NCBI GenBank assembly: GCA_023453725.1
Contig: JAEXTB010000308.1
Coordinates: forward strand, 1-38,461
Direction: 5' to 3'
Length of the DNA: 38,461 nt
Source: Bacillota bacterium
GTDB lineage: Bacteria > Bacillota > Clostridia > Christensenellales > CAG-138
The translations under genes and the position numbers were made by a program. Below, piece by piece: positions 35,370 through 38,461 of this stretch. The number at the start of each line of letters is the position of its first letter. Position 1 is the first letter of the stretch. A model generated the notes under the pieces. The model searched no databases. It was not told the origin of the DNA and worked only from the letters and a program-made list of their open reading frames with translations.

Positions 35370-35867
35370 ATGGAGCTAAAAGACAAAGATAAGGAACGTT
35401 CCATTGCATGGATGCGGATTTATATTGGCGCTTTTCTATGGATTGCGGTCTCGTTTGCAGTGTGCCGTATTTCCGCCATGGCGGAAGAGGTTCCACACAT
35501 CGCCTTATGGATTCGGAACGGCCTTTATCCATTACTCATCAGGCTTCTTGTGCAGACGGTTGCATCAGTAACCACGGTTATCACGTTCATACAGATGCGC
35601 AGGTTGAAACCATCCGGCTACTGGTGGAATGTCGTCATGCTGTGGAGCATTTTCGTCACTGTCGCAACGGACGTGCTTACTTTGGGGATTGTTGGGCTGC
35701 CAAGCATCAGGATACCGGCGGAATCGACAGTTACAGTGATGATAGCGCCATTGTTATGGATCATTCCTAACCTGATTTACTTCAAAAAGCGCAAGCATTT
35801 GTTCCGCGGCTATACCGCGGCGGAGGTCAAGGCTGCTATTTATGGGGAGCCGCTGCCCCCGCGCTGA
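35370..35867 (+). CDS. Paralog E, with a remodelled N-terminus and no tail
   Basis: WMRIYIG, GYWWN and PNLIYFKKRKHLFRGYTAAEVKAAIYGEPLPPR-stop. The start is ATG 35370 or GTG 35316. The ancestral start position now reads ACG (35336-35338). Confidence 0.6.
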   Translation: MELKDKDKERSIAWMRIYIGAFLWIAVSFAVCRISAMAEEVPHIALWIRNGLYPLLIRLLVQTVASVTTVITFIQMRRLKPSGYWWNVVMLWSIFVTVATDVLTLGIVGLPSIRIPAESTVTVMIAPLLWIIPNLIYFKKRKHLFRGYTAAEVKAAIYGEPLPPR

Positions 35868-35963
35868 TCATCTGCAAAACCCTTGGTATGAGCATGTAAA
35901 GGCGAACGGAATAATGCATTTTATAGCGCTGACCAGAACGGAAAGGGAACGATAAAACCAAAC

Positions 35964-35992
35964 AAAAGAGCGCCGAAGAACGGCGCTCTTTT
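35964..35992. terminator. Bidirectional intrinsic terminator
   Basis: 12-bp perfect stem AAAAGAGCGCCG / CGGCGCTCTTTT with loop AAGAA. It sits between the paralog array (+) and the convergent gene that ends at 35999 (-). Confidence 0.8.
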
Positions 35993-35998
35993 GTATTG

Positions 35999-36910
35999 CT
36001 ATTTCCCGTCTATCCGCGGCTTGCCTACGCCATCGTCCACATTCACAGTTTCGGGCGGGGTGAGCAGGACATCCGGTTTCGCCAGGATATGCCGGAACTG
36101 CTTGATGGAAGAGGCAAAGTAAAGCCCGTCGCAGATGCGCTCGTCTATGTTGATTTTCAGCCCGATGAAACGCTTGACTTCGCGCGCACCGGTTTCGGAA
36201 ACCGTGTGTATGCGGGTCTTGTTGCCCATGGCCACAAACATGCTGCAGGTGCCAAACTCGTACAGGTGATGATAGATAGGGCCAATGCCCAAGGAGCCCA
36301 TGTTGGTCAGAAACATGCTGGCGTGCCAGGGGCTTACTTCAAAAAGAGCGCGGGGGAGGCGGCCTATGTTATCCAGCGTGCGGATAATTCCAATGACAAA
36401 CCGGAGGATAAACGAAGGGATGTATCCCATGAATTTGGAGATTTTGTCCGCATCGTTGACAGCGCCTTCGATCCTGTTGGAATTAACGGCTTCGGAAATG
36501 CGGCGTGCTACGTCATAGATGGTATCGGTAGGCTCAAACTCAACCTTTACGACGGTTTCCTCGCCCTTTTCCGTCATGGTACGCTTGATGACGAGGGAAA
36601 GCGTGATGCTGTTGCGCGCGTAGACCTTGTTCCAGACAATAAAGCGGTTGAGATAAGGGCGCAGTGCGACGATGCGTACAAGCCCCGCAATGAGTATGTG
36701 CATATAGGAAAGCTCAGGCATGGTTTCCCGGTGCTTGCGTACAAATTGTTCCAACGGCTCAAGCGGCAGGCTTTCTTCAAACATATTCTGCGAGTCGAGG
36801 CGAGAGCGCAGGATAAAGGGAATCACATTAAACAGCGCGTCCACATTGCGGATGCGCCAGCCGTCGTAACGGTCAAATATGCCACGCTTGAAAGTATGCT
36901 GCATATGCAT
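35999..36910 (-). CDS. 2-oxoacid dehydrogenase acyltransferase catalytic-domain (CAT-like fold) family protein
   Basis: 303 aa. A DERICDG segment sits where the DHRxxDG active-site motif would be, and the overall layout resembles PF00198-type stand-alone proteins. The assignment is from memory only. Confidence 0.5.
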   Translation of the reverse strand: MHMQHTFKRGIFDRYDGWRIRNVDALFNVIPFILRSRLDSQNMFEESLPLEPLEQFVRKHRETMPELSYMHILIAGLVRIVALRPYLNRFIVWNKVYARNSITLSLVIKRTMTEKGEETVVKVEFEPTDTIYDVARRISEAVNSNRIEGAVNDADKISKFMGYIPSFILRFVIGIIRTLDNIGRLPRALFEVSPWHASMFLTNMGSLGIGPIYHHLYEFGTCSMFVAMGNKTRIHTVSETGAREVKRFIGLKINIDERICDGLYFASSIKQFRHILAKPDVLLTPPETVNVDDGVGKPRIDGK

Positions 36911-37133
36911 TTCTCCTGGCTGTTATTGTACTGAGCAAGGCATGTGGGACAACGTTAATGGTATATACTTCTCGTATTATACCTGTTTTTTATACAATAG
37001 GGAATAAGTTTTGCACACGCCTGATTGAAAGCGGCGGGCATGCAGGTTAAACTTGTATATGGCCGCTTATCAATAAAAAAGGCCTGAAAAGATTTTCTTA
37101 AGCCTTCAGGTAGGCATGACTACCTTGCATCAT

Positions 37134-37162
37134 TTGCAAACAAACACGACATGCACTATACT
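37134..37162 (+). promoter_or_regulatory. Putative sigma-A promoter of the PHP gene
   Basis: TTGCAA (37134-37139), N17, TATACT (37157-37162), about 35 nt upstream of the start codon. Confidence 0.5.
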
Positions 37163-37196
37163 TTAGTGTATCGCACAGATGGAGAGGAACCGCGTG

Positions 37197-37907
37197 ATGC
37201 TGATTGCGGATTTGCATACCCACACCAAATACAGCCACGGCGTTGGCACAGTGGAAGAAAACGTGCTCGCAGCCATCGCCCGCGGGCTAAAGCGCATCGG
37301 GATATCGGAGCATGGGCCCAAGCATATGTTCTTCCCGGTAAAATGGGAAGCATTGCTCAACATACGTAAAGAAATCGATGAAATGAACGCCCGCTACGGC
37401 AATCAGATCGAGGTGCTTATGGGCCTTGAGGCGAACCTGATGGGGGATGGCCTTACCGACCTGCCCAAGGATACCTCCATATTTGACTACGTGATGCTGG
37501 GTTACCACAAGGGGACATTCCCCGCGGATGCGATCAGCCGCGGCTGGTGGCGCAGCTTCTTTTTCGGGCAGAGCACCAGGCGCCACGCAAAGGCGAATGC
37601 CGTTGCATATGAGCACGCCATGGACAAGACGCCAAAGCTTGTTGCCATCACGCACCCGGGCACGTATATACCTGTGGACCTGACGGATCTTGCACGTATG
37701 GCGCGCGAACACAATGTGGCGCTTGAAATCAACGAAGGGCACCGCAACATGTCGTTGGAGGATGTGCTCGAGGCGAAGGCGGGCGGCGCTAGCTTTTTAT
37801 TAAGCTCGGACGCGCACCGTCCCGGCCGTGTAGGGCAGGCGCCAAACAGCATCGCGCTTGCGCGCGAAGCAGATATATTGGGGCAGTGCGTGAATTGGGA
37901 AGAATGA
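37197..37907 (+). CDS. PHP-domain phosphoesterase (histidinol-phosphatase family)
   Basis: MLIADLHTHTKYSHG N-terminus, with later GISEHG, AITHPG and SSDAH metal-ligand motifs. GGAGAGG lies 9 nt before ATG 37197; the ORF is open from 37179. Confidence 0.75.
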   Translation: MLIADLHTHTKYSHGVGTVEENVLAAIARGLKRIGISEHGPKHMFFPVKWEALLNIRKEIDEMNARYGNQIEVLMGLEANLMGDGLTDLPKDTSIFDYVMLGYHKGTFPADAISRGWWRSFFFGQSTRRHAKANAVAYEHAMDKTPKLVAITHPGTYIPVDLTDLARMAREHNVALEINEGHRNMSLEDVLEAKAGGASFLLSSDAHRPGRVGQAPNSIALAREADILGQCVNWEE

Positions 37908-38081
37908 AAAGTTTTTCGGCAGCTCTGTGACCCGGGGGCATACCATCGGACCACCACCCAAGGAATTCATCCCTTGGGAATCCCTTTCTCGGAATGTCCC
38001 ATGGGACATTCCCGGATGGGTTCTTAGGGTCGTAACGACCCTAAGCGGGAGTTTGAGGGCGGGGCCCTCATCGTAATAATT

Positions 38082-38108
38082 AAAGGGAGGCATGTGCCTC
38101 CCTTTTTT
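38082..38108. terminator. Bidirectional intrinsic terminator
   Basis: 10-bp perfect stem AAAGGGAGGC / GCCTCCCTTT with loop ATGT, followed by T6 on the + strand. It lies 8 nt beyond the minus-strand stop at 38116. Confidence 0.8.
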
Positions 38109-38115
38109 CTAGCCT

Positions 38116-38461
38116 TTATTCCTGCTCTGCCGGGCCTTCCTTTTTTGCGGCGTCGGTAAGCGAGACGAGCGCACTCTCCAAACGATGCTCTTTGATTTCA
38201 AGCACCTTGATGGCCATGCCGTATTCTTCAAGCTGCGGGGTGCTGCCATCTTCGGGTATTGCGCCTAAAATACCGAATACCAGGCCGCCAAACGTATCGT
38301 AATCCTCCTCAGGCAGCGGGACGGACAACGCTTCAGCAACCTCCTCCAGCGGCGTCCAACCCTGGATGCGCCAGGTGTTGGCGTCAATCTGCTCGATATC
38401 CGGGGGTTCGGCGGGCATGGTGACGTCATCGTCCAGATCGCCTACCAGTTCTTCTAACAGA
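38116..38461 (-). CDS. Hemolysin/CNNM-family protein, C-terminal CorC_HlyC domain (5' part outside the window)
   Basis: WRIQGWTPLEEVAEALSVPLPEEDYDTFGGLVFGILGAIPEDG is the transporter-associated CorC_HlyC pattern. The frame stays open to the window edge (..LLEELVGDLDDDVTMPAEPP). Confidence 0.75.
   Translation of the reverse strand, partial: LLEELVGDLDDDVTMPAEPPDIEQIDANTWRIQGWTPLEEVAEALSVPLPEEDYDTFGGLVFGILGAIPEDGSTPQLEEYGMAIKVLEIKEHRLESALVSLTDAAKKEGPAEQE

Larger units (their letters stand above)
33323..35867 (+). repeat. Tandem gene-sized repeat, four units of about 670 bp (copies B-E)
   Basis: Unit starts are at 33323, 33997, 34667 and 35336 (ancestral). Identical 20-mers AAACCTTGCCATTATAAGCC occur at 33863 and 34523, exactly 660 nt apart. 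Confidence 0.8.

Noticed and set aside
35996-36934. 312-aa + strand ORF almost exactly overlapping the 303-aa minus-strand ORF.
   Set aside because: The minus-strand product has a balanced composition and an acyltransferase-like motif, and it is flanked by a terminator at its 3' end. The + strand product is Ala/Gly/His/Arg-rich and lacks an RBS.
1-38461. I looked for CRISPR repeats, tRNA/rRNA genes, IS elements/transposases/integrases, prophage genes and toxin-antitoxin pairs.
   Set aside because: I saw no regularly spaced short direct repeats, no cloverleaf-like or rRNA-like sequence, and no ORF with DDE/tyrosine-recombinase, capsid/terminase or TA-type motifs. Absence is by eye only and should be confirmed with tRNAscan, Infernal and ISfinder-type searches.

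Overview
This is a 38.5-kb chromosomal window from a Gram-positive, moderately high-G+C genome (hand counts of sample lines give about 52-60%), probably Clostridia-like. It is gene-dense. I saw no rRNA, tRNA, CRISPR array, transposase or integrase. From left to right it contains: the tail of a Tad/Flp pilus locus (TadC-like, DUF192, coiled-coil protein); an alpha/beta hydrolase and two tandem mini-genes; a LysM-GH18 cortex-lytic-type enzyme; a YycJ-like MBL hydrolase, a CPBP protease and rlmH; a ~0.7-kb low-G+C insertion carrying one VOC-fold gene; a run of small accessory genes (nitroreductase, MBL hydrolase, XRE-HTH regulator, GNAT, YbaK-like); and a seven-gene minus-strand surface-fibre operon (giant vWA adhesin, SipW signal peptidase, three TasA/CalY-like SipW-dependent subunits, an SPGTG cell-wall-sorted protein, class B sortase). 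It continues with xylB, a lipoprotein and an MCP; a complete pstSCAB-phoU module with a two-component system, in which PstS reads as circularly permuted; an FMN riboswitch with ribU; a lower-G+C tandem array of five paralogous 4-TM membrane-protein genes from a family I do not recognise (one frameshifted, one eroded at both ends); an acyltransferase-fold protein; a PHP phosphoesterase; a hairpin-dense intergenic region; and the 3' part of a CorC/HlyC-type gene. The two best candidates for undescribed biology are the hybrid SipW/TasA plus sortase B fibre locus and the membrane-protein paralog array. All calls come from reading the ORF translations, remembered family motifs and hand-checked coordinates. 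No database search or folding calculation was possible.
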